From a bacterium (GTDB lineage: Bacteria; Zhuqueibacterota; Zhuqueibacteria; Residuimicrobiales; Krinioviventaceae): 64,000 nt of DNA. The position numbers and the translations under genes were made by a program. Below, piece by piece: positions 49,664-60,405 of the stretch (the stretch's first letter is position 1; the number at the start of each line of letters is the position of its first letter). The stretch lies in contig CAXXMD010000003.1 of the NCBI GenBank assembly GCA_963675755.2, forward strand, positions 1,664,001 to 1,728,000. Direction: 5' to 3'. The notes beneath the pieces were generated by a model that did no database searches, was not told where the DNA came from, and saw only the letters and a program-made list of their open reading frames with translations.

Positions 49664-50531
49664 AGGTTTACAGGCGCTGATACCAGATGCGCCTCCGGCT
49701 GAAAGCCCGGAACAACAGCAAGCACCGGCAGAAAGTACAAGTACCAGCAATATCCGGTTTATAGCGGTTTCAAAAGTATCTCCAAATCCGTTTCAACCCC
49801 GGGAGACTTTTGATCCTGTCAAACTGGAAGAGCTTCAGAATTCAATATCCGAAAAAGGTGTTGTACAGCCAATTACTGTACGTCCTTATGATGGCGCTTA
49901 TCAGTTGATTGCCGGAGAGCGGCGATTACGGGCAGTAACCGGTTTGGGTATTGAAGAAATTCCTGCTTACATCCTTGAAATTGACAGCGATGAAGAAATG
50001 ATGGAGTTGTCTATCATTGAGAATATTCATCGCGAAGATTTGAATCCTATAGATATTGCTCACAGTTATCAGCGTTTAATCAAAGAATGTAATCTAACTC
50101 AGGAAGTTGTTGCCCAAAAAGTGGGTAAAGACCGGGCTACAGTTGCAAACTTTTTAAGACTGCTGAAATTACCCAAACTTATCCAGGAAAGTGCCCGTTC
50201 AGGAGATTTATCTATGGGGCATGCAAAAGCTTTGTTGGCGTTGAATGACAAAGAAGATCAGCTTGCCATATGGAAAAAAATTCTTAATGAGGGTCTTTCT
50301 GTCCGTAATACGGAAAAAATGGCCAGGGATGCTGCGAATCCCATCAAAAAAGAAAAGAAAACCGCTCCAACCAAAAAAGATTATTATCTGGAGGAGATGG
50401 AAAATAAATTACGCATCAAGCTTGCAACGAAGGTAAATATTAAACCACGAGCTAAAGGCGGCGTAATCGAATTAGAGTATTATGATAGTGATGATCTTGA
50501 CCGCCTGGTCAACGTTATAAATGAAGATTGA
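49638..50531 (+). CDS. parB: Chromosome partitioning protein ParB/Spo0J
   Basis: LGRGLQALI, NPFQPR, IAGERRLRA, IENIHREDL, HTH. Confidence 0.96.
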   Translation: MANRKALGRGLQALIPDAPPAESPEQQQAPAESTSTSNIRFIAVSKVSPNPFQPRETFDPVKLEELQNSISEKGVVQPITVRPYDGAYQLIAGERRLRAVTGLGIEEIPAYILEIDSDEEMMELSIIENIHREDLNPIDIAHSYQRLIKECNLTQEVVAQKVGKDRATVANFLRLLKLPKLIQESARSGDLSMGHAKALLALNDKEDQLAIWKKILNEGLSVRNTEKMARDAANPIKKEKKTAPTKKDYYLEEMENKLRIKLATKVNIKPRAKGGVIELEYYDSDDLDRLVNVINED

Positions 50532-50539
50532 GATAATAT

Positions 50540-51442
50540 ATGAATAAAGCCAGAAAGCATCGCAAGTCTCTGCAAATCCTCGTTATCCCTGACGACAAGG
50601 ATGAGCCCAAGGCCTATAGTATATCCATTCGAAGATTAAAAGTACTGCAATTCCTGGCAGTTTTGCTGGTGTTGCATATTGTTGCCGGCGCAGTTTTTTA
50701 TTTTCAGTATTATCGAGTGTACAGTAAAAACAAAGAGTTGAGGCAGGTAAATCTTCAGCTCGAGGATAATAATAAAAGAATTTACGAGCTAATTGCCAAA
50801 TTTGAAGATCTTGAAAGCTCACAAACCAAGATTCGTGGCGCGTTAGGTCTGGATTATAATAATGGTACGGGTAATACTACTGTTTCAATACAGGAAGAGC
50901 TTTCTCCCGAAGTTGTTCCCAGTGTGGTGCCGGTTGTAAGAGAGGCACCAACTCCGGTTATGCGAGATATGTCTTCGACTCCAAAGACAACCGAGCGTTT
51001 TGGGCGATTAACCCGAACAAAAAAAATAATACATGACAATTTTGTAAAAAGTGTTCCCACATATCTTCCCGTACAAGGCGTGCTTAGCAATGATTATGAG
51101 TTCATGAATCAGAGTGGCAAGTCAAGTCACCGCGGCATAGATATTGCAGGTGAACGTGGGGCCCCAATTAAGGCTGCTGCTGATGGAATTGTGATTTTTG
51201 CAGGCTGGACCTATGATTTGGGCAATTTGGCAATTTTGTATCATGGCGGCGGATATTTTACCTATTATGGTCATAATCAGCAGCTATTGGTTGATAGAAA
51301 TTCTGTTGTGAGAAAAGGTGACAGTATTGCTCTACTGGGCAATTCAGGTATTAGTTCGGGACATCATTTGCATTTTGAAATATGGAAAGATGGCGTTTCA
51401 TTAGATCCGAAAGAATATCTGCTGGCGTTTGCAGATTATTAA
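50540..51442 (+). CDS. M23 family peptidoglycan endopeptidase with N-terminal TM and coiled coil
   Basis: HRGIDI, YGHN, GNSGISSGHHLHFEI. Confidence 0.92.
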   Translation: MNKARKHRKSLQILVIPDDKDEPKAYSISIRRLKVLQFLAVLLVLHIVAGAVFYFQYYRVYSKNKELRQVNLQLEDNNKRIYELIAKFEDLESSQTKIRGALGLDYNNGTGNTTVSIQEELSPEVVPSVVPVVREAPTPVMRDMSSTPKTTERFGRLTRTKKIIHDNFVKSVPTYLPVQGVLSNDYEFMNQSGKSSHRGIDIAGERGAPIKAAADGIVIFAGWTYDLGNLAILYHGGGYFTYYGHNQQLLVDRNSVVRKGDSIALLGNSGISSGHHLHFEIWKDGVSLDPKEYLLAFADY

Positions 51443-51484
51443 TAGATAATAATAATTAACCATTCATATATTTCTGGTAGGCTT

Positions 51485-51904
51485 ATGAAAAATTTAGACA
51501 AACCTGGTGAATTAAACACCATACTTGGAAAAGGCGCCTTGTTTGAAGGTGTCATCTCTGTGGAACACAGCCTGCGAGTAGACGGCCGTGTAAAAGGAGA
51601 TATCAAAACATCTGATACCCTGGTAGTCGGCAAAGAGGGTGAGATTGAAGGAAATGTAAAAGCCAAGAATTTGGTAGTTGGTGGAAAGTTGAGCGGAATT
51701 GTAGATGTAGACGGAAAAACCGTTCTTGAAAGCCGCTCCGAATTTCATGGTGACATGAAAACCCGAAAACTCGTAATTGACGAGGGTGCAACCTTTGATG
51801 GCAAATGTTCAATGCTTGGCGAAGAGAAAAAAGGTATTGACGTTCTAAAAAAGAACGATAATATAAACAAGATTGAACCAACATTTAAAGTGCAATCTCA
51901 TTAA
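51485..51904 (+). CDS. Bactofilin (polymer-forming cytoskeletal protein)
   Basis: TILGKGALFEG..LRVDGRVKGDI..IDEGATFDGKCSM beta-helix pattern. Confidence 0.93.
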   Translation: MKNLDKPGELNTILGKGALFEGVISVEHSLRVDGRVKGDIKTSDTLVVGKEGEIEGNVKAKNLVVGGKLSGIVDVDGKTVLESRSEFHGDMKTRKLVIDEGATFDGKCSMLGEEKKGIDVLKKNDNINKIEPTFKVQSH

Positions 51905-51919
51905 GCACAGGTTTTATTC

Positions 51920-52138
51920 GTGAAGAACAATGTCGCCCGTTCGTTTGATTTAGGCTTGCAGTTAGCTGTGGCAATAGGTCTATGTACGTACGGGGGATAT
52001 TTTTTGGACAATAAATTAAATACTATGCCCCTGTTTTTGGTCCTCGGACTTTTGTTAGGAGCAACGGCAGGGTTTTTGAATGTTTACAAAGAGGTTTTCT
52101 CAAAAGACAACAAAAATGACAGCTCTAAAAAAAAATAG
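51920..52138 (+). CDS. AtpZ/AtpI family protein
   Basis: GYFLDNKLNTMPLFLVLGLLLG; first gene of the atp operon. Confidence 0.85.
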   Translation: MKNNVARSFDLGLQLAVAIGLCTYGGYFLDNKLNTMPLFLVLGLLLGATAGFLNVYKEVFSKDNKNDSSKKK

Positions 52139-52523
52139 TGACAGCCCATCTCTAGTCTGGTTCCTATTGTTAACTTTTGTAATATTTGTGTTGGGACAGG
52201 CGGGCTTGAATTTTTTTTCTGGCATTTCTGTTTTTAAATCCGTACTTTTAGGGTATCTAACCAGCGTCGTAAGTATTATAGCGGGTTATTATTCCTTGCA
52301 ATGGGCGTTTAACAAAAACGCCAAAACATTCTATATAGTTCTTTACGGCGGTATGGCTCTTCGATTTTTATTGTTTATTGCCATCATGTTTGTTCTTTAC
52401 TTATTTTTTCCCGAGTGGTCATTAATTGCATATGTAATATCCTTTGTGGTGTTTTACGTTTTAATGCAAATTTTTGAAATTAATATTATAAATCGTGAAC
52501 TGAAAAGGAATAAATTAGTCTGA
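52116..52523 (+). CDS. atpI: ATP synthase protein I-like 4-TM protein
   Basis: Four hydrophobic segments, GMALRF, positioned before atpB. Confidence 0.65.
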   Translation: MTALKKNSDSPSLVWFLLLTFVIFVLGQAGLNFFSGISVFKSVLLGYLTSVVSIIAGYYSLQWAFNKNAKTFYIVLYGGMALRFLLFIAIMFVLYLFFPEWSLIAYVISFVVFYVLMQIFEINIINRELKRNKLV

Positions 52524-52525
52524 TT

Positions 52526-53389
52526 ATGGTCGAAAAATTCACAGAACATGTAGCTGAACACGGTGCAAACGCTCATCAGGCTGCTGAACATGTAGCAAAT
52601 GCTGCAGAACACGCTGCCCATGCTGCGGAACATGGAAGCGGCGGTGGTGCGGATTTTGTGATGCATCACCTTTTGGCACACCCCGTGATCAAATTACCCA
52701 CAGTTTTTGGTATAGATCTTACCATTACCAATCATATTTTGATGATGTGGATTGTTTCCGCAATATTGATTTTGGCATTCTGGTGGTCCTTTCGCAAGAA
52801 AAAACTGGTTCCCACTGGTCTGGCAAATGCATTAGAAGCAACAGTTGAATATTTAAGAGATGATTTGATTTTGCCCAATATGGGACATCATGGAATGATT
52901 TATGCGCCCTATCTGTTAACAGCATTTTTCTTTATTTTGTTGTGTAACCTGATGGGACTGGTTCCCGGAGCTGCAACCGCAACAGGTAATATTGGTGTTA
53001 CCGGAGCGTTGGCTCTGTTAACCATGGCAATGGGACAAATCGCCGGTATACGGGCACATGGCGTGATTGGGAATTTTAAGCACTTGATTCCCGGTGGACT
53101 ACCAATCTTTATTATACCCATCATGATTCCGGTTGAAATTGTAAGTTTAATGGCAAAACATATAGCTCTTGCTATTCGTTTGTTTGCCAATATGATTGCC
53201 GGTCACATTACCATTCTGGCAATTATGTCTTTGATCTTTATGTTTAAAAGCTGGCTTGTTGCGCCAGCGCCTTTGCTGATCATTGTGTTCAGCGCGATGT
53301 TGGAGATTTTAATTGCATTTATTCAGGCCTACGTATTTACAATATTGTCGGCCGTGTTTATTGGCGCAGCAATGGCCTCTGAACATTAA
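52526..53389 (+). CDS. atpB: F0F1 ATP synthase subunit a
   Basis: LCNLMGLVP, ALAIRLFANMIAGH, IQAYVFTILS; His/Ala/Glu-rich N-terminus. Confidence 0.96.
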   Translation: MVEKFTEHVAEHGANAHQAAEHVANAAEHAAHAAEHGSGGGADFVMHHLLAHPVIKLPTVFGIDLTITNHILMMWIVSAILILAFWWSFRKKKLVPTGLANALEATVEYLRDDLILPNMGHHGMIYAPYLLTAFFFILLCNLMGLVPGAATATGNIGVTGALALLTMAMGQIAGIRAHGVIGNFKHLIPGGLPIFIIPIMIPVEIVSLMAKHIALAIRLFANMIAGHITILAIMSLIFMFKSWLVAPAPLLIIVFSAMLEILIAFIQAYVFTILSAVFIGAAMASEH

Positions 53390-53440
53390 AAAAACAAAAA
53401 ATAATAAAACGTTTAACTTATCTCTATTACAGGAGGAAAA

Positions 53441-53668
53441 ATGGAAGCACAAGCAATGGCCTATTTGGCAGGTGGAATTGGAGCAGCAGGTGTAACTTTT
53501 GCAGCAGCATTTGGTATTAGTAAACTTGCAAGCGCAGCTATGCAGGGAATCGCAAGACAACCTGAAGCAACTGGCGAAATTCGTGGTGCTATGATTATTA
53601 CCGCAGCGATGATTGAAGGTGTTGCTTTGTTGTCAGCTGCTATCTGCTTTTTGTTAAGTGTAAAATAA
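53441..53668 (+). CDS. atpE: F0F1 ATP synthase subunit c
   Basis: ARQPE loop, MIEGVAL. Confidence 0.96.
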   Translation: MEAQAMAYLAGGIGAAGVTFAAAFGISKLASAAMQGIARQPEATGEIRGAMIITAAMIEGVALLSAAICFLLSVK

Positions 53669-53695
53669 TAAACTAAAAAAAAGCGAATTTATAAT

Positions 53696-54190
53696 ATGGA
53701 ATTAATGACACCTCAGGTCGGAACACTGTTTTGGACCTTCGTTACATTTATTATTTTGCTGCTTATTTTGAGCAAAGTTGCCTGGAAACCGATTATACAG
53801 GGTCTGGCTGAAAGAGAAACCAAAATTAAGGAAGCTCTTGAAGCTGCTGAAACTGCAAAACGAGAAGTACAGGACGCATCCGGCAAGCAAGAAGAAATTC
53901 TGGATCAAGCCCGCAAAGAGGCCCAGGATATTATTGCAAAAAGCCGAAAATCTGCTGAATTGGTGAAAGATGAAATTGTTGAAAAAGCCAATTCCGAGGC
54001 TCAAGGAATGCTTGAAACAGCCAAGCGAGAAATTGAATTAAGCCGCGATAAAGCGCTTGAAGATATTCAAGCGCTGGCTGTAGAGTTGTCAATGGCAGCT
54101 ACTCAAAAATTGATTGGTAAATCGCTGGATAAAAGCGAACATGAAACCATCATTCAAAGTTCATTGAAAAAAATGGAAGATATGAATTGA
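53696..54190 (+). CDS. atpF: F0F1 ATP synthase subunit b
   Basis: FWTFVTF TM, AWKPI..ERE coiled coil. Confidence 0.95.
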   Translation: MELMTPQVGTLFWTFVTFIILLLILSKVAWKPIIQGLAERETKIKEALEAAETAKREVQDASGKQEEILDQARKEAQDIIAKSRKSAELVKDEIVEKANSEAQGMLETAKREIELSRDKALEDIQALAVELSMAATQKLIGKSLDKSEHETIIQSSLKKMEDMN

Positions 54191-54738
54191 GAATACATCC
54201 GGTTGCTAAAAGATATGCCAGGGCTTTTTTTGAGCTAGCTGAAGGAAAAAACAAATTTGATTCACTTTATGGTGAAGTCAAATCTTTTGCGACTATTCTT
54301 GAGCAAGACAAAAGTGTTGCAGAATATTTCTATTCTCCCAATACTGAAAAAGCTCATAAAATTGAAACCCTGGATAAGATATTTAAAGAAAAGTTAGACC
54401 CTATGGTCTATCAATTTATATTGTTATTGTTGCAGAAAAACAGAATCGAGTTTTTTGAACAGATTGTGTTTTTCCTTGAACGCTTTGCAGATAAAAAACA
54501 CAACCGCTTAAACGCGGTTGTTACCACGGTTATACCTGTTTCAGACACTCAAAAGCAAGATATTACCAAGCTTTTGTCTGAATCTTTTAAAGCAAATATT
54601 GTTTTAGAAAACAAGGTAGATCCGGAAATTCTTGGCGGAATTATAGTACAGGTTGAAGGACAGATTGTTGATGACAGTTTGTTGTCACAGTTGAAAACAT
54701 TGCGTCATGAATTATTAAAATCAGAAGCGTTTGCTTAA
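54187..54738 (+). CDS. atpH: F0F1 ATP synthase subunit delta
   Basis: VAKRYARAF, VDPEILGGIIV..DDSL. Confidence 0.95.
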   Translation: MRIHPVAKRYARAFFELAEGKNKFDSLYGEVKSFATILEQDKSVAEYFYSPNTEKAHKIETLDKIFKEKLDPMVYQFILLLLQKNRIEFFEQIVFFLERFADKKHNRLNAVVTTVIPVSDTQKQDITKLLSESFKANIVLENKVDPEILGGIIVQVEGQIVDDSLLSQLKTLRHELLKSEAFA

Positions 54739-54822
54739 TAAAATTGGTTATAATTACAAAGAACATCGTTGTTCTGGTTTATTATTATAAACATTTGACC
54801 TCATGGAGGTATTAGAAAGCAT

Positions 54823-56334
54823 ATGGAAATAAGACCAGAAGAAATTACCTCAGTCTTAAAAAAACAGATTGAACAATTTGAGAAAAAGGTAGACGTCCAG
54901 GAAGTTGGAGAGGTTCTTCAGGTTGGTGATGGTATTGCCCGTGTATATGGGTTAGAAAACGTTATGGCAATGGAGCTTGTAGAGTTCCCAAATGACGTTT
55001 TTGGAATGGCATTAAACCTTGAAGAAGATAATGTAGGTTGTGTATTGTTCGGTGAAGACCGTAAGATTAAAGAAGGTGATATTGCCAAACGTACCAACCG
55101 CGTTATTGAAGTTCCTGTAGGCCCTGAAATGTTGGGTCGCGTTGTTAATCCCTTGGGTCAACCTCTGGACGGTAAAGGACCTATCAATACAAAACAAACC
55201 TACCCCGTTGAGCGTAAAGCGTTGGGTGTTGTTGCTCGTCAGCCGGTAAACGAACCGTTGCAGACAGGTATTAAAGCTATTGACTCTATGATCCCCATTG
55301 GCCGCGGCCAGCGTGAATTGATCATTGGTGACCGTCAGATTGGTAAAACCGCGATTGTGGTAGATACCATCATTAACCAGCGTAATACAGACGTTTTCTG
55401 TATTTATGTTGCTATCGGTCAGAAAGCTTCTACTGTTGCCCAATTGGTACAAACCCTTGAAGAAGAAGGCGCATTAAAGCATACGATAATTGTAGCTGCA
55501 CCAGCCGATTCACCGGCACCTATGCAGTACATTGCTCCTTATGCCGGTGCAGCCATGGGTGAGTATTTCCGTGATAACGGTCAGCATGCCTTGATTGCTT
55601 ATGACGATTTAACCAAGCACGCTTGGGCATATCGTCAATTGTCACTGTTGCTTCGTCGTCCTCCGGGTCGTGAAGCGTATCCTGGTGATGTGTTTTATCT
55701 TCACTCACGTCTCCTTGAACGTGCATCTAAACTGAGCGACAAACTGGGTGGTGGTTCATTGACCGCGTTACCGATCATTGAAACCCAGGCTGGTGACTTT
55801 TCAGCATATATCCCTACCAACGTTATTTCAATCACCGACGGCCAGATTTACCTCGAACCCAACCTGTTCTTTGCGGGTGTTCGTCCGGGCGTTAATGCCG
55901 GTATCTCTGTATCCCGTGTTGGTGGTAACGCGCAAATCAAAGCGATGAAAAAGATTGCGGGTAGTCTGCGTATGGACCTTGCCCAGTACCGTGAACTTGA
56001 ATCTTTTGCGAAATTCGGTTCTGATCTGGACAAAACCACACAGCAGCAATTGAACCGTGGTCAACGTTTGGTAGAGTTGCTGAAACAAAATCAGTATCAG
56101 CCATTGACTGTAGAAAAACAGGTCGCCGTTATTTATTTAGGTGTTAACGGTTATCTCGATGAAATTCCGGCAGACCAGGTAGTTCGCGCAGAAGCGGAGT
56201 TCCATAAATTTATGGAATCGAGTCATGATGATATATTGCGTGACATCCGTGAAAAACAAGAACTAACGGATGATATTGTTGGAAGTTTGAAAAACGCATG
56301 CGCCGAATTTGTTAAAATGTTTAGAACGGAATAG
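54823..56334 (+). CDS. atpA: F0F1 ATP synthase subunit alpha
   Basis: [31 protein letters not shown]. Confidence 0.98.
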   Translation: MEIRPEEITSVLKKQIEQFEKKVDVQEVGEVLQVGDGIARVYGLENVMAMELVEFPNDVFGMALNLEEDNVGCVLFGEDRKIKEGDIAKRTNRVIEVPVGPEMLGRVVNPLGQPLDGKGPINTKQTYPVERKALGVVARQPVNEPLQTGIKAIDSMIPIGRGQRELIIGDRQIGKTAIVVDTIINQRNTDVFCIYVAIGQKASTVAQLVQTLEEEGALKHTIIVAAPADSPAPMQYIAPYAGAAMGEYFRDNGQHALIAYDDLTKHAWAYRQLSLLLRRPPGREAYPGDVFYLHSRLLERASKLSDKLGGGSLTALPIIETQAGDFSAYIPTNVISITDGQIYLEPNLFFAGVRPGVNAGISVSRVGGNAQIKAMKKIAGSLRMDLAQYRELESFAKFGSDLDKTTQQQLNRGQRLVELLKQNQYQPLTVEKQVAVIYLGVNGYLDEIPADQVVRAEAEFHKFMESSHDDILRDIREKQELTDDIVGSLKNACAEFVKMFRTE

Positions 56335-56338
56335 ATAA

Positions 56339-57199
56339 ATGGCAACATTACGAGAGATTAAAGGTCGTATTGCCAGTGTAAAAAGCACAATGCAGATTAC
56401 ACGCGCTATGAAAATGGTGGCAGCGGCAAAGTTGAATAAATCTCAGCTCAGACTGATTCGTACCCGGCCATATTCACAAAAGCTTGAGCAGGTTTTAGGG
56501 AATGTGGCAAGAAAGTCAAAACAAAACAAGCATCCGATGTTGAAAAAACGTAATCCCAAACGTGTTTGTTTTGTTTTACTAACTGGTGATAAAGGTTTGT
56601 GTGGTAGTTTTAATACCAATTTAATACGTAGAGCACAGGATGAATGGTCTGCAAGTGAAGCAGATCAAAAGTATTTAATTACTATTGGTCGAAAAGGATA
56701 CGAGTTTTTTAAACGTCGTTCATATCCTATTGCTGCCCATTATATTGATGTGTTTAACAATTTAGAGTTTTCAAACGCTCAAAAAGTTGCTAACGTATTG
56801 ATGAACGATTTTAAAACCGGTAAATATGATCGGGTCTATTTTATTTATAATAAATTTTGCAATGCCGTTCAGCAAGAATTGACAGTTGAACAGGTATTGC
56901 CGGTAGTGCCCAGTTCATCTGATGAAGAAACTACTTCCGCAGGGTATGTATATGAGCCGAATCCTGAAGTTATTCTGGATACCCTGATACCGATGAGCTT
57001 GAAATTCCAGATATGGAAAATTCTATTAGAGTCTGCTACTTCGGAATTTGGCGCTAGGATGACTGCAATGGAAACAGCATCCGAAAATGCTCAGGAAATG
57101 ATTAAAGAATTGACATTATTTTATAATAAAGCGCGGCAGGCAGCGATTACGACAGAGCTGAATGAAATTGTCAGCGGCGCTGAAGCACTTAAAGGTTAA
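56339..57199 (+). CDS. atpG: F0F1 ATP synthase subunit gamma
   Basis: ITRAMKMVAAAK, DKGLCG, NKARQAAITTEL. Confidence 0.97.
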   Translation: MATLREIKGRIASVKSTMQITRAMKMVAAAKLNKSQLRLIRTRPYSQKLEQVLGNVARKSKQNKHPMLKKRNPKRVCFVLLTGDKGLCGSFNTNLIRRAQDEWSASEADQKYLITIGRKGYEFFKRRSYPIAAHYIDVFNNLEFSNAQKVANVLMNDFKTGKYDRVYFIYNKFCNAVQQELTVEQVLPVVPSSSDEETTSAGYVYEPNPEVILDTLIPMSLKFQIWKILLESATSEFGARMTAMETASENAQEMIKELTLFYNKARQAAITTELNEIVSGAEALKG

Positions 57200-57219
57200 C
57201 CCTTAGTCGAGCTTATTAG

Positions 57220-58656
<1,437 letters not shown>

Positions 58657-58676
58657 CAGGATAAATAAATACGACC

Positions 58677-59081
58677 ATGGCAGAAAAACAATTTAAACTG
58701 GAAATTATTACTCCTGAAAAGGTCGTTTACTCGGCTGACGTTGAGCATGTTAAGGCGCCTGCCAAAAACGGATATTTTGGTGTCAAAGTAAACCACATTC
58801 CGTTTTTAACAGTACTTAAAATTGGCAGGGTTGAAATAACAGCTGGTAAAGAAGAACTGGTTTATGCGATTAGCGGTGGTTTTGTTGAAGTTGCAGATAA
58901 TAAGATGACCATTCTGGCAGAAACTGCTGAAGCTTCCGGTGATATTGATGTTGATCGTGCTCAAAAATCACGTGAACGTGCTCAAAAACGCCTTGATGAA
59001 AAACAAGCTGAAACCAGCATGGCAAGAGCTAATGCCTCTTTAATGAGAGCATTAAATCGTCTGGAGGTTGCTTCAAGATAA
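58677..59081 (+). CDS. atpC: F0F1 ATP synthase subunit epsilon
   Basis: EIITPE, ISGGFVEV, ILAETAE, C-terminal helices. Confidence 0.96.
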   Translation: MAEKQFKLEIITPEKVVYSADVEHVKAPAKNGYFGVKVNHIPFLTVLKIGRVEITAGKEELVYAISGGFVEVADNKMTILAETAEASGDIDVDRAQKSRERAQKRLDEKQAETSMARANASLMRALNRLEVASR

Positions 59082-59123
59082 TTAGCCTCTTGTTATATTT
59101 TGGTATAATAATTGATACGTATA

Positions 59124-59163
59124 AAGCGGCATTGAATTTATTTGGTGCCGCTTAATTTTTTTT
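59124..59163 (+). terminator. Terminator of the atp operon
   Basis: aagcggcatt...ggtgccgctt followed by aa and a T-run. Confidence 0.7.
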
Positions 59164-59188
59164 GGTACTGTTAAACACAAACTTTTAG

Positions 59189-59217
59189 TTGCTTTTCAAT
59201 TATAAAAAAATTACTTT
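59189..59217 (+). promoter_or_regulatory. Putative sigma70-type promoter of the GldLM-like operon
   Basis: TTGCTT-N17-TACTTT. Confidence 0.4.
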
Positions 59218-59300
59218 AAAAAATTGGGCTGGGAAGTATAAAATCCTTTTTAAAATATTATGTTCACTGATACAACAAACTGTCTATATGAGGTAAAAAA

Positions 59301-60386
59301 ATGGGTAAATTAAACTCAATGTTTGGTTTGATAAAGTATGATCTTTCAAAGGACAATTTATTGAAATTGACCAGAAAAAAAGCATATTTTCATAATCCGG
59401 CTATTGCAAAAGAAGTTGTTGATATATTTGAAGAAAATATTTATAAAAAACAACGAGAAGATCATCAAAAAAGAGGGTTTTTTACCGGTTTATGGTTTCT
59501 TGTCAAGTATTTAGTGCCTTTTTTAAAGTCCCCGGAAAAAGCTGATCTGTTAAATGAAATTCAAATCCGAAAATTGCTTGAAGCTCATGGCAGTGATCAG
59601 GTTAGACTTGATATGAAAAATATCATCGATGGTTTAACCAGTGAATATAATCTTGGTGAAATGGGCAAGATTGTAGATGTTACCGCCGTTGTTAAAGTGA
59701 TCTTGCTGGTTCTTTTCCTCATGCTGGTGATACTTGTTTCCGGTTTTGGTGAAAGAATTCGCATTTTAACAGAGGTTATGAACCCAACTGCCGAAGTGTA
59801 TCTCTTTCAAACAGTAATTGGAATAACGTTTCAAGTTGTGGCAATAGCGGCATTCTTTTGGGGTATCTTTGTGATTCCTATTCGCAAGTTGGTACAATTT
59901 AGAAATAATAATTTAATGGAAAAAGATAAACGATTTAGAGAAAACTTTTTATATTCAGCTCCTACCCAGATTATGAATTTGGGTATTATTACCATGATTT
60001 TTGCAATTGTAGGTATTATTTACTTTGAAAAGAACCAACTCCTTGATATGAGTGTTTATTTTCATTGGCAGTTGTATGATATCTTTCACGCATTTAACCC
60101 AGATCAATTTTTGAATTTCTCTAAATGGGGTTTTAATATGTTGACCTTTTTGGTTGTTGCCGGTGGCTTTACCGAAGCAGCAGCTTTTTATCTGGGATAC
60201 AAATTCCCGGATAAATTTAAAACCCACGATGAAGAAAAAGAATTGAAAATTGATGAAGCTTTTGCTGACAAATTGGCTCAGGCATTAAAAGATAAACAAG
60301 TTGTAGCGGATAAGGTTGATGCAGAAATGATCGCCCAGGGTGTTCTTGATGCATTGAAAAAAGTTAATTTTATTGTTGAAAAGTAA
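59301..60386 (+). CDS. Multi-pass membrane protein with C-terminal GldL/PorL-like two-helix motor module
   Basis: ENFLYSAPTQIMNLGII and AGGFTEAAAFYLGYKFP match GldL TM1/TM2 patterns, including the intramembrane Glu (E292); gagg RBS. Confidence 0.6.
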   Translation: MGKLNSMFGLIKYDLSKDNLLKLTRKKAYFHNPAIAKEVVDIFEENIYKKQREDHQKRGFFTGLWFLVKYLVPFLKSPEKADLLNEIQIRKLLEAHGSDQVRLDMKNIIDGLTSEYNLGEMGKIVDVTAVVKVILLVLFLMLVILVSGFGERIRILTEVMNPTAEVYLFQTVIGITFQVVAIAAFFWGIFVIPIRKLVQFRNNNLMEKDKRFRENFLYSAPTQIMNLGIITMIFAIVGIIYFEKNQLLDMSVYFHWQLYDIFHAFNPDQFLNFSKWGFNMLTFLVVAGGFTEAAAFYLGYKFPDKFKTHDEEKELKIDEAFADKLAQALKDKQVVADKVDAEMIAQGVLDALKKVNFIVEK

Positions 60387-60405
60387 AAAAGTGGTAATAT
60401 AGATT

